Source: Candidatus Omnitrophota bacterium (GTDB lineage Bacteria; Omnitrophota; Gorgyraeia; Duberdicusellales; 4484-171). Taken from it: 62,400 bases of DNA. Location of the stretch: NCBI GenBank assembly GCA_003154195.1, contig PMCS01000028.1:1-62400 (forward strand), read 5' to 3'. This document shows, one piece after another, positions 46,136-55,229 of this stretch. The position numbers were made by a program, and so were the translations under genes. Under the pieces are notes generated by a model. That model was given only the letters and a program-made list of their open reading frames with translations. It ran no database searches and was not told where the DNA came from. The stretch's first letter is position 1. Each line of letters opens with the position of its first letter.

Positions 46136-46393
46136 TTAGATTTTTCCCCGTTTCAGACCAGTGATAAATTTCTTGGAGACTTTGGCCTGACGGCCTTTTT
46201 CTTTAATGCATAGGCCGTCGATTCGGCGATATTCTTCATCAGTAAATTCTTTTTCTCTGACTTCCAACGGTATAAGCTCGATACGGTTACGGACAACCTC
46301 CACGTTAAACAAAGAACCTTTGGCAAGTCCTAAAGTCTGGGCTATACGCTTAGGTATCGTTATCTGGTTTTTAGCCGTCATCAATATCGTCAT
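46136..46393 (-). CDS. AbrB/MazE-family antitoxin
   Basis: TAKNQITIPKRIAQTLGLAKGSLF is a SpoVT-AbrB motif. Confidence 0.8.
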   Translation of the reverse strand: MTILMTAKNQITIPKRIAQTLGLAKGSLFNVEVVRNRIELIPLEVREKEFTDEEYRRIDGLCIKEKGRQAKVSKKFITGLKRGKI

Positions 46394-46469
46394 ATTTCAC
46401 CTCCAATCCGAATATACCATATAAACCGATAATCGTCAAGGTAGAAAGTAAGGTAGCCTTACTGTCTCC

Positions 46470-46644
46470 TACTCGGGCCGTGCGGGTATTCTCCTACGCT
46501 CTTCGAGCTTCGGAGGAATCGCGCCGAAGTTCTCCTTCGCCGTTATTGACTTCGGAGAAATCTCGCCGAAGCTTTAGCGAAGGTGGACCTTGGCGAAGGA
46601 GAATAAGGCATTATTATTGGGGGTAGGTTGGGTTTTTACACAAA
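46470..46644 (+). mobile_element. IS right-end fragment (C-insert plus right end)
   Basis: ...CGCCGAAGTTCTCCTTCGCCGTTATTGACTTCGGAGAAATCTCGCCGAAGCTTTAGCGAAGGTGGACCTTGGCGAAGGAGAATAAGGCATTATTATTGGGGGTAGG...TTTTTACACAAACAGG. Confidence 0.75.
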
Positions 46645-46668
46645 CAGGAACGTCTTGTTTATGTTTAT

Positions 46669-47799
46669 TTACGCTTCTTTCAACAGATAACTCGTACTGC
46701 GCCCTCCGGCAGAATCTTTAATCAGAATCCCCTTACCGGCGAGATCGAGTATATCTCGTAACGCCGTATCCTGTGAGCATTTGGTAATTTTCGCCCATTT
46801 AGAAGTAGTAAGCTTACCTTCAAATCCGTCCAATAATTTATTAAGCATGACGTGTTGTCGTTCATTAATCGTACCGGCCGGATGCTTTTCCCAGAATCGC
46901 GCTTTCCTGAATATACCCGCCAGTGTATTCTCGGTAGCCTCAAGCGCGCGGCCCATGCAACCCAAAAACCACTCCAGCCACATCGTTATATCGATGCCGA
47001 CCTTTGAATCGACGGTATTTTTTTGTGTTTTTTCTAAGATATCATAATAAGCGTTTCGCTCCTGCCTTATCCGGGCCGACATACTGTAAAAACGTTCCCG
47101 GCTTCCATCGGAACGGGCAAGCTGCATATCCGCGACGGCGCGCGCAATGCGGCCGTTACCGTCATCAAAAGGGTGCAGCGTAACAAACCATAGGTGCGCG
47201 ATCGCCGCTTTGATTACAGGGTCTATCTCCCCGGCACCGTTGAACCAGGTTAAAAATTTTTTCATCTCCTCATTAAGACAACCGGCCTCAGGCGCCTGAA
47301 AATGCACTTTCTCGCGGCCGACTGCCCCGGAAACAACCCTCATCGGGCCGTGACTGTCGGTGCGCCATGCTCCGGTGATGATTTTATGCATCCCGCTGCG
47401 CCCCGCGGGAAACAAACTGGCATGCCAGCCGAACAACCGGTCTTTGGCCAGGGGCTTATTGAAATTCCTGACCGCGTCCAGCATCATTTCGACAACCCCA
47501 TCAACATGGCGATCGGAGGGGATAAGCCCGCCGATTTCCATCCCCAGCTTTCGCGCGATCGATGAACGCACTTTGGCCGGATCAAGTTTTTCCCCTTCGA
47601 TTTCGCTGCTTTTTAAAACATCCAGGGTAAGGGTGCACAGCGTCGCCTCCGAACGCAAAGCCAGGCCCAAGGCTTCCATTCGTCCCATCAAACGCCCCTG
47701 GCGATTACGAACACTTCCCAACGTCGAAGCGATCCGCTCCTGGTTCCAGGTAAATTTCGGCCAAGTATCCAATTGATAAATGTATGCCGTCTTCTTCAT
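46669..47799 (-). CDS. Fic-family protein (DUF4172-type N-terminus, C-terminal wHTH; class II)
   Basis: HPFDDGNGRIARA Fic motif; inhibitory-type motif SSEIEG; 376 aa. Confidence 0.9.
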   Translation of the reverse strand: MKKTAYIYQLDTWPKFTWNQERIASTLGSVRNRQGRLMGRMEALGLALRSEATLCTLTLDVLKSSEIEGEKLDPAKVRSSIARKLGMEIGGLIPSDRHVDGVVEMMLDAVRNFNKPLAKDRLFGWHASLFPAGRSGMHKIITGAWRTDSHGPMRVVSGAVGREKVHFQAPEAGCLNEEMKKFLTWFNGAGEIDPVIKAAIAHLWFVTLHPFDDGNGRIARAVADMQLARSDGSRERFYSMSARIRQERNAYYDILEKTQKNTVDSKVGIDITMWLEWFLGCMGRALEATENTLAGIFRKARFWEKHPAGTINERQHVMLNKLLDGFEGKLTTSKWAKITKCSQDTALRDILDLAGKGILIKDSAGGRSTSYLLKEA

Positions 47800-47822
47800 A
47801 TGGCAGGCTAAGGATATATATT

Positions 47823-47868
47823 ATATTCTCCGCACCTCTTGCGGAGAATATACCACATATTCTCCGCA
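47823..47868. promoter_or_regulatory. triple 12-bp operator-like repeat upstream of the Fic gene
   Basis: ATATTCTCCGCA (47823-47834), its inverted copy TGCGGAGAATAT (47840-47851), then ATATTCTCCGCA again (47857-47868). Lies 24-70 nt upstream of the Fic ATG. Confidence 0.55.
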
Positions 47869-47981
47869 GATGCAAGGGGGATGTTTACACGCGGCAGGAA
47901 GAATTTGGGGGCGCGATAAGATTAAAGGGCGCTGTCCCCTTTTCCTATCCTTGCGGGCGCTTCCGTTAAAGGCTACAACTT

Positions 47982-48749
47982 TCATTTATTATACTCCTTC
48001 CATATCGCATCCAGCGCCTCGGCCGCGCGCATATGCAATTTTATATCCACCAAATCAGATATTTCGGTATCTTCGAGATTGATTTCAATCGTTGGCCGGC
48101 CTAAATGCTTCGCTGCTATCATCGGCTGACTGATATACGGAAAAATGCTGCTCGTGCCTATTGAAAAGTAGATATCGAATCCCCGCGTTAATTCTCGTTC
48201 AAGCATCGCCAGCTTATCGATCGGTAGCATTTCTCCGAAGAAAACCACTTCTGGCCGGGCGATGCCGGCGCAATCAGGGCATCTGGGTGGTATATTAATT
48301 CCACTGTAATCTTTGACTACGCCTCGCCACTCGCAGTTCGTACAGACTAATTTGTGCATATCCCCGTGGATATCGATGATATTGCGCGAACCGGCAACAC
48401 AATGAAATCCATCAATATTCTGAGTAAGCACCCAGACACGCGCAAAGTGCTTCTCCATCTCGGCAATCACTTCATGACCACGGTTAAAGGTAGTATTGCG
48501 GCAATTATTTTCTATCTGGGAAAGGTATTTCCAAGTTACTTGCGGCCGCTTCGCTAACGTTTCTCCGGCCAGAGCCGTTTCTACCGAGATACCATCTTCG
48601 GTTAACTTATCATTATACAATCCGCCGATCCCGCGATATGTCGGCAACCCTGAATCCGCGGAAATCCCCGCTCCCGTAATAAACAGGATACTTTTACAAT
48701 TTTTTAAAAGCTTCGCAATTTGGCCTATCGCTCCCGGATGGCTATTCAT
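47982..48749 (-). CDS. cobB: NAD-dependent protein deacylase (Sir2/CobB family)
   Basis: GAGISADSGLPTYRG, QNIDGFH and the zinc ribbon CTNC...CPDC. Confidence 0.9.
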   Translation of the reverse strand: MNSHPGAIGQIAKLLKNCKSILFITGAGISADSGLPTYRGIGGLYNDKLTEDGISVETALAGETLAKRPQVTWKYLSQIENNCRNTTFNRGHEVIAEMEKHFARVWVLTQNIDGFHCVAGSRNIIDIHGDMHKLVCTNCEWRGVVKDYSGINIPPRCPDCAGIARPEVVFFGEMLPIDKLAMLERELTRGFDIYFSIGTSSIFPYISQPMIAAKHLGRPTIEINLEDTEISDLVDIKLHMRAAEALDAIWKEYNK

Positions 48750-48758
48750 CGGCTATGC

Positions 48759-49139
48759 CTATTTTAACTGCTCGAGGGTTATCGTATCGCCGGCTTTGAT
48801 ATCTTTAAGGATCGATATCTCACTGGTTACCTTACCTACAATATTTACCTCTGATGCCGGCATTGGTTTGTTGTCAATGCTTACGGGAGTTTTTCCAAAA
48901 AAGATACAGAGGCAATGGCCTTGCGGCCAATAAGCGATAGCGCCTACTTCTACATCTAAAGTGGCATTTTCTGGTTTTAAGCTAACCGGGATTTTAAAAT
49001 ATATCTCATCGCCCCAGGTACTTGCTTTTGCTTCAAGGGGAAGTTTTTCGTAAATCTTTAGGGCGGTTTGGGAGTTGTTAAGTTCGCCTTCGATGGTTAC
49101 CTTGGAAGTTTTAAAAACAATATTCATAGTGCGTAGCAC
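48759..49139 (-). CDS. cyclophilin-like-fold protein
   Basis: 126 aa. WGDEIYFKIPV...GAIAYWPQGHCLCIFFG pattern as recalled for the cyclophilin-like superfamily; family not verified. Confidence 0.5.
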   Translation of the reverse strand: MLRTMNIVFKTSKVTIEGELNNSQTALKIYEKLPLEAKASTWGDEIYFKIPVSLKPENATLDVEVGAIAYWPQGHCLCIFFGKTPVSIDNKPMPASEVNIVGKVTSEISILKDIKAGDTITLEQLK

Positions 49140-49434
49140 AGCGGTGCCTTCCCTTAGGCGAAGCCTGGCGTAGCCGGGCGAAGCCCCGAGAGCTTCGGAG
49201 AAATGTCCAAAGGAGATTTCTCCGATATATAGGCGTATCGGGGGATTAATTATGCGAGTAAGTGTGTCTGTCCCGTTTTAAAGAAAATATTTCATCTCTC
49301 GCTCAGAGTACTTCGCTCAAGGGCACGAAGTAAAAAAATTAAAGGGCATTGACCCCTTTATCCCAACGAACAAGAAAATTCCTCACAAACTATCCCTGCG
49401 GTAAAAAACCGCAGGGAGTTATCGATGAAGCGAC

Positions 49435-49583
49435 TTAAACCGCTTTCCGACCGCTGATGATACGCAGGGCAACAACGATAATAGCGATAACAAGCAAGAT
49501 ATGGATAAACCCGCCCATCGTGTATGATGTAACCAACCCCAATAGCCAAAGCGCAATCATAATAACTGCAATTGTGTATAACA
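49435..49583 (-). pseudogene. lmo0937-type small membrane protein with an apparent 1-nt frameshift near the start
   Basis: GGAGG SD + ATG at 49583 gives MLYTIAVI then TGA. Shifting one nucleotide continues as IALWLLGLVTSYTMGGFIHILLVIAIIVVALRIISGRKAV. An internal ATG at 49560 would give an intact 41-aa product. Confidence 0.5.
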
Positions 49584-50052
49584 TATCCGACCTCCTTTTT
49601 AATGGTAGCTCAATGCTAACTCTTTTTTTATTATCCCTGGGAACCGGAGATTTTTTGCACCGGCAGGTTATCCGGCACAGCGCTGAAAAATTATTCCGGC
49701 TTCATAACATCATTTTATAGAGTATTCAAAATAGAATCAATTGTACCTGGGTACACTCATCGGATTTTGCTGTGTCGCATGGTAAAATTTTACGCTAAGC
49801 GGTTGCGACAAATTATCGATCTGCGCGTGCTGCTGTAGACCATGGCCTTCCCGTGCAAATATATGCTATAAACATATCCTGTCCGTCCGCATAGCCCTAT
49901 TAAAAACATGACTCCGCCAGAGTTTGCCGGAAGATATAAAAACCTGGCCTTAGAAGGCAAAAATCTAAAGTTGCCATTGGTCTAGTTTTCGGGGCGCAGT
50001 CAAAGACTAAAAAACTCCAATTAACTTTGGCACAAAGAATGGGGTAAGGTCA

Positions 50053-50301
50053 ATGGGGTATAAAACCGGAAAAAATTCAGGAAAACTGAAATGCCAATCG
50101 CGGATGGGTGGGATGATGAAGCACAAATGTACTCCCCGCGGGGCTTACCGCGGGGTATCTAGCTTCATTTCTCCGAAGTTCTCCTTCGCCATTATTGGCT
50201 TCGGAGAAATCTCACCGAAGCTTTAGCGAAGGTGGACCTTGGCGAAGGAGAATAAGGCATTATTATCGGGGGGGATAGGGTAGATTTCTACACGGGTAGG
50301 G
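50053..50301 (+). mobile_element. IS right-end fragment with the best-preserved right terminal repeat
   Basis: Transposase C-terminal codons (SGKLKCQSRMGG), a 136-bp insert (50118-50253), then GGCATTATTATCGGGGGGGATAGGGTAGATTTCTACACGGGTAGGG. The end is the reverse complement of the left terminus CCCTACCCGTG. Confidence 0.8.
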
Positions 50302-50311
50302 ATTTATTTTT

Positions 50312-50836
50312 TTATACTGCGCGAAGGGAAATATTTCCCCGGAGTTCAAGCGTCAATTCTTCAGCCGGCTTAATATACCTGCCGTTTTTCTGGTACAAGC
50401 CGTTGGTAAGCCTTTTTTCTGAATCCTTAAAGTTTTCTTCCGCTCCATAACCGCCGACGTTCATGTTATTGCTGAATTCAAAGATCATCTGATTGATAGA
50501 ACCAAGGGTCTTCTTGTCTATAGTCCGAGCGCATACGACATTCCCGGCCTTCTCAAGAAAACCCTTTATAGTATCCGCGCTAAACCCGTCTTCATACAAC
50601 CTGCGCCCTAAATTATTACTGAAAAGCGCATCAAGCCTCTTTATCTGTTCACGCTTTACATCATAAGCCACAACCGCGTACAACGTCGCCACGTGACAAA
50701 AAATCACACATTTACGCCGCTGCAAAAAGAACAGGTGCGCGTACCACTCGTCAAATCCAGCATCCTGGATATCAGCAAGGGAAGTTTTGCTTATCCCCAT
50801 TTCTTTCAGTAATTTTGCGGTGCAGCGAATAGTCAT
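50312..50836 (-). CDS. hypothetical protein (possibly the DUF6933-like family)
   Basis: 174-aa ORF. The KLLKEMG...WYAHLFFLQRRKCVIFCHVATLY pattern was recalled from an uncharacterised family; not verifiable here. Confidence 0.5.
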   Translation of the reverse strand: MTIRCTAKLLKEMGISKTSLADIQDAGFDEWYAHLFFLQRRKCVIFCHVATLYAVVAYDVKREQIKRLDALFSNNLGRRLYEDGFSADTIKGFLEKAGNVVCARTIDKKTLGSINQMIFEFSNNMNVGGYGAEENFKDSEKRLTNGLYQKNGRYIKPAEELTLELRGNISLRAV

Positions 50837-50896
50837 TTATATGGTTTCCCTAGAACAATTAATTTGTGTGTCCCCGGAATTCTATATTCCCAGTGC

Positions 50897-51226
50897 TTAA
50901 ACCCGGCAGGCGCATTTTTTATTTTTCAGGATAATCTTCTGCTGCTGGATGGTATTTATAAAACTATCCTGGCTTCCCGCGCCCTTAGCCAGTCTTTTAT
51001 CCAGGGGGCTTTGGTGGCGATAACCGCGGGCCAGCATCTCCCCTGCTAATGATTCATGTCTCAAATAAAGCGCTTTTAGTTTGCCTTGCCAGCGCAGTGT
51101 CTCGGGATGACGGGAATAGCCTTTTTTATTGCCGGTAATCACCGCCCAGATAGCGTGCAATTCGCGGTGTTCGCCCAATAAATGGTTACGGCATAATTTT
51201 TCCGGCGCGATATCCCAGATGCGCAT
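50897..51226 (-). CDS. pyrimidine dimer DNA glycosylase (DenV / endonuclease V-like, Pyr_excise family)
   Basis: MRIWDIAPEKLCRNHLLGEHRELHAIW...HPETLRW is typical of the family. The ATG at 51226 is preferred over the TTG at 51256. Confidence 0.7.
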   Translation of the reverse strand: MRIWDIAPEKLCRNHLLGEHRELHAIWAVITGNKKGYSRHPETLRWQGKLKALYLRHESLAGEMLARGYRHQSPLDKRLAKGAGSQDSFINTIQQQKIILKNKKCACRV

Positions 51227-51554
51227 AAAAATCACAAGTTTAATGACAAATACCAAAGCGCGAATAACAAAACAAATAATTTTTAACCACCCGCTCTCCC
51301 GCCTTTGGCGGGATCGCTAGAGGACAGCGCAGAGCGAAGCGGAGCCTCCCGCAAGGGACGAAGGTCAGTGCGAAGCTAGCGAAGCGTATCCCGGAAGCTT
51401 CCCGGAAATATCCAAAGGAGATTTCCGGGATATCCAGGCGAAACGGGACTCCCTGTGGGACGGAGAAAAATTTAATTTCAAGATTCCCGCCAAAAGCAAG
51501 ATACGGCGGCTAGGCAGGGGCTGACCCCGTTATTCTTATTCCCTTTTTCCAAAA

Positions 51555-52562
51555 CTATTTCTCATTCAAGCGGTATCGAACAGCCCTTGCCGCCCCTTCT
51601 CTTATGACGATACCCAGGCGGACAAGCGGGCTGATGAGCTGATTAACGCGGGCGCGGTTGATCTTCATGGCATGCCCGATCTCTGACGCGCCCAAAACAT
51701 TTTTTTTCTCCAGTAGCCCTAAAAGCTCTTCCTGTTTGGGTGTGAGTGATACCCCTTGCAACGAAAGAGTCCCGGCCTTGATTCTTTTTTGCACATCATC
51801 ATGTGCCCAGGCCAGGCCTTCGGCAACATATTCCACCCAGTGAGTAAAATCACCATCCATGTCACGCGTCTGCTGAATCATGTCGTAATAACGAGGCCTG
51901 TCTTGAGCAAAGAAATCATCAAGGCCCAAAGTGCAAAGCGGGTCAAAACCCTTTTCCCAAAGGAGCCACTGTCCAACCGCGCGAGCCACACGACCATTGC
52001 CATCCACAAAGGGATGGATCGTCAAAAACTCGTGCGCAAAGATGGCGCTACGAATAACCGGATGTAAGGATTCATCCTTTGACCAGGCAAAAAGGGCCTT
52101 CATCCGTCCCGGAACCCGGGCAGGAAGCGGCGGGGTAAAAATAACTTTATTGCGGGCATCCACGATATAGTTCTGGACACTGCGATACCGGCCCGTTCGA
52201 TCTCTGGCCAAAAGCCCCTTGATCATTCGCGCATGCACCGCCAAAAGCCCAAGTTCGGTAACCGGCTTATGTTTACTCTTTAAAATCTGGCGCATGGCCC
52301 CAACGCAATTGGCGACCTCTGTCTTTTGCTTCTCTTCAACCAGGAGATCCCGGCCGTCCACCACCGCTCGAACCTGGGCCAGGGACAGGAGATTACCTTC
52401 GATCCATGTCGATGAGTGAACGCTCCGGGCAAAAGCATCCCGCTCCAAGGGGGCCTTAACAGACACTTTCAGCCGCGAGTTTCTGACCAGCGCGCCCACG
52501 ATGGCGATTTGCTCAAACAATTTTAAAAGGTGTGGCGCTATGCGATATTGGGCCTTAAACAT
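51555..52562 (-). CDS. Fic-family protein with a C-terminal wHTH (class II)
   Basis: HPFVDGNGRVARA Fic motif; STWIEGN inhibitory-type motif. Confidence 0.9.
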   Translation of the reverse strand: MFKAQYRIAPHLLKLFEQIAIVGALVRNSRLKVSVKAPLERDAFARSVHSSTWIEGNLLSLAQVRAVVDGRDLLVEEKQKTEVANCVGAMRQILKSKHKPVTELGLLAVHARMIKGLLARDRTGRYRSVQNYIVDARNKVIFTPPLPARVPGRMKALFAWSKDESLHPVIRSAIFAHEFLTIHPFVDGNGRVARAVGQWLLWEKGFDPLCTLGLDDFFAQDRPRYYDMIQQTRDMDGDFTHWVEYVAEGLAWAHDDVQKRIKAGTLSLQGVSLTPKQEELLGLLEKKNVLGASEIGHAMKINRARVNQLISPLVRLGIVIREGAARAVRYRLNEK

Positions 52563-53118
52563 AATATAAGTTTACCATATCGTATAGGTATTGTATAGGG
52601 AATTGTCTAGGACAATTCACATTTTCCGCCAAAGGCCAGCGGCCTTGCCGCTAGGCAGGCGAGACCTCGCCATCTCGTCATCATTGATGACGGATGGCGG
52701 GCAAAGGCTGGCCCCGTTATTCTTTCAGGGCCTAAATGGAATCATTCTTGCCTTTCAGGCCTTGTTCGATTTTTTGGACCGGCACGCGGATAAAGCCAGG
52801 GCGGTAATGACCATGGCAATACCTGCCAGTGCCATTTAGATTAACCAGGATTAGGGCTTGAAAACTGTTACATCAGGCTGTCGTCGAAAATGACCCCGAA
52901 GGTATTCCATGTCTTGTTTTTTATTCTTCTTCGCCGAATACCCCGCGGCTTACCGCGGGGATGAAGGCGTAAGAAGAACTGCTGCGAAGCCACGAGCGAA
53001 GCGAGGGCGAAGCAGAGCTATACAGGCATTCGGCTTCGAAGAAATGAAGCTAGATACCCTGCGGCAAGCTCACCTCGCTTCGTATTGGCGAAGCGGGCCG
53101 CAGGGAGAACATCGGTGC

Positions 53119-53750
53119 TTCATTAATATAAGGACCAGGAAGGTATATATTGCCGGGATTAGCCAGAAACCGGACCGTAAATGGGTAGTTGACGCGGCAA
53201 GAAGCGTTTCCTTCTTGTTCCAGGACAATACCAAAAAGCTCCTTGTCCGGGATGGGGATGGTAAATTCTCCCAAGAATTCGATGAATTATTCAAAGAATT
53301 TAACATGACGGTAAAGAAACTACCTTACCGCTCCCCCAATCTTAATCCTTATGCCGAAGGGTTTGTGGGGACGATACGCAGAGAATGCTTAGACCATTTT
53401 TTTGTATTCGGACAAGAACATTTTAAATATTTAACCCAAGCTTTGTATTAGGCGTGGATGAAGAATGCTAATGCTTTGGAGCGAAAGGGGTTACAAAAAA
53501 CACAGGCATACTTGAAAAGTATGTCGAGTATTTTTGTAACCCTTTGTAGCCCAAATGATTAGCGTTATTCGCCATGTCCTAATGCAAAGGTTGGGTTTTA
53601 ACCCGGGAATATGTAGAGCATTACATTACTAAAAGACCTCATTCGGGAGTGGGTAACGAACCGCTGGAATATAAATCGGAGAAAAATTCAGGAAAGCTCA
53701 AATGCCAATCGCGGATGGGTGGATTGATCAGGCATTATTATTGGGGGTAG
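53119..53750 (+). pseudogene. rve (integrase-core) DDE transposase, C-terminal two thirds, disrupted
   Basis: FINIRTRKVYIAGISQKPDRKWV...LLVRDGDGKFSQEF...YRSPNLNPYAEGFVGTIRRECLDHFFVFGQEHFKYLT / REYVEHYITKRPHSGVGNEPL...KCQSRMGGLIRHYYWG*. The N-terminal part is missing and a 160-bp insertion lies between the two pieces. Confidence 0.8.
53438..53604. mobile_element. 160-bp palindromic MITE inserted in the transposase remnant, with target duplication TTAACCC
   Basis: TTAACCC occurs at 53431-53437 and 53598-53604. Removing the insert restores ...FKYLTREYVEHY. Arms of about 60 bp are roughly 80% complementary, around a central CATACTT-gaa-AAGTATG hairpin. Confidence 0.75.
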
Positions 53751-53885
53751 GTTTTCCGGCCGTCCGCCGCGGACAGTGATTCTTTTCATGATTGGTTTTA
53801 GATAAAAAGGCATCCGTTTCCCCATTCATCTTTTGCCCTACGCAAAAAACATTTTAATTACCCTTAATCGTTCCAAAATGCTTGT

Positions 53886-55229
53886 CTATTTATGCTCTTT
53901 AGCCTGTATGTTCTGGGAGATAATACCTACTGATTTTTCGTATTTTGCCTGCGAGATAAGATAATCCGAAATCGCTGACGTACGGCTTTGTTTGGCCGAA
54001 ATAAGTTGAGTTTCGGCATCGGTCACCTCAATGATCGAGCCAAGGCCTTCCTGGTAACGCGCGTTCGCGATTTCAAGGTTTTCCGCCGACTGTTGCAGAA
54101 GTTTTCCCGTCACTTCCAGCCTTTCTTTAGCCTCCCTTAAACTCAAGACAGCATCTTGAACTTCGAGAATTACCTTAAGGGTCTCATTCTCTATTGCGTA
54201 TTGGGCTATTTTCAAATTTTCCTGCGCAGCTTCCATCTTGGCCTTGGTCCGGAAGCCATCAAACCAGGGAAAGTTAACCGACACACCCGCATTCCAGTTC
54301 TTAACATTGCCTATTCCTTTGGCGCTGGTATCACTTACCTGATGCGCGCCGCCGGCGGAAATCACCGGCCAGTTACCTTTCTTCTTTGCCTCAAAATCAG
54401 CCTGCGCAGCGCGCGTCTGCGATGTCAATTTGGCAAGCTCAACACGGCTATCCATCGCGGTCTTCAGCGACCGCTTTAAATCAATATCAGCAATCATGGG
54501 AATGCCTGACTTCTCGACCACAAAATCGGGATTATCTTTCCTTCCCATAATATTATTAAGTAACACCTTCGCCAGTTTATAATTTTTTTCGGCCGTTACT
54601 AAGCTGAGCTTCGCATTTAATAACTCGACCTCGGCTTTAGTGACATCATATTTTTGCTTGTAGCCGACCTCAAATAATCCCCTTGCCCGGTCGAGATGAG
54701 CCCGTGACTGCACCAGTCCTTCCCTGGCTACGTCCAGCATAAGCTGGGCATTCAATACGCCGTAATATGCCTTTTTTGCCTCAAGTATTATATTCTCTTG
54801 CGTCTCCAGGAAAATACATTGAGCCGACGTCATATTTTCTTCCGCAAGCTTGATGTCGTTAAGGGTCTTTCCAAAATCCCAGATAAGCTGTTCGATTCCG
54901 CTGGACTCCGCCGCAACGTTGTACCTCTTTAATGAGCCGTTGTTTAACCCTGACGCCGCGCTTACCGGAACCGTTATTTTAGAAGCATCATAATGTGTGT
55001 AGCCAAGATTCGTCGACGCCTGCGGCAGGTAAGCCGACCTTGCCGCACCCGCCATCGCTTTATTGAAATAGACATTGCTGACAGATTCTTTAAGTACGGG
55101 ATTATCCGCCAGCGAAGCCTTGACACAATCTTCGAGCGTAAGAACGGGGGGCTCCGCTGAAAATCCCACCCCGCCTTTCATCATCGTTAAAACCATTATA
55201 AACAATAATGCCTTTTTTCTAAATTTCAT
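53886..55229 (-). CDS. TolC-family outer membrane efflux protein
   Basis: MKFRKKALLFIMVLTMMKGGVGFSA signal peptide and two OEP repeats. The ATG at 55229 overlaps the permease stop (TGATG). Confidence 0.85.
   Translation of the reverse strand: MKFRKKALLFIMVLTMMKGGVGFSAEPPVLTLEDCVKASLADNPVLKESVSNVYFNKAMAGAARSAYLPQASTNLGYTHYDASKITVPVSAASGLNNGSLKRYNVAAESSGIEQLIWDFGKTLNDIKLAEENMTSAQCIFLETQENIILEAKKAYYGVLNAQLMLDVAREGLVQSRAHLDRARGLFEVGYKQKYDVTKAEVELLNAKLSLVTAEKNYKLAKVLLNNIMGRKDNPDFVVEKSGIPMIADIDLKRSLKTAMDSRVELAKLTSQTRAAQADFEAKKKGNWPVISAGGAHQVSDTSAKGIGNVKNWNAGVSVNFPWFDGFRTKAKMEAAQENLKIAQYAIENETLKVILEVQDAVLSLREAKERLEVTGKLLQQSAENLEIANARYQEGLGSIIEVTDAETQLISAKQSRTSAISDYLISQAKYEKSVGIISQNIQAKEHK

Larger units (their letters stand above)
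52822..53810 (+). mobile_element. decayed IS copy: left end A, inverted C-insert fragment, transposase core remnant split by a MITE, right end
   Basis: CCTGCCAGTGCCATTTAGATTAACCAGGATTAGGGCTTGAAAACTG at the left. rve-type coding remnant at 53119-53750. The right tail GGCATTATTATTGGGGGTAGGTTTTCCGGCCGTCCGCCGCGGACAG matches 26404-26486. Confidence 0.8.
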
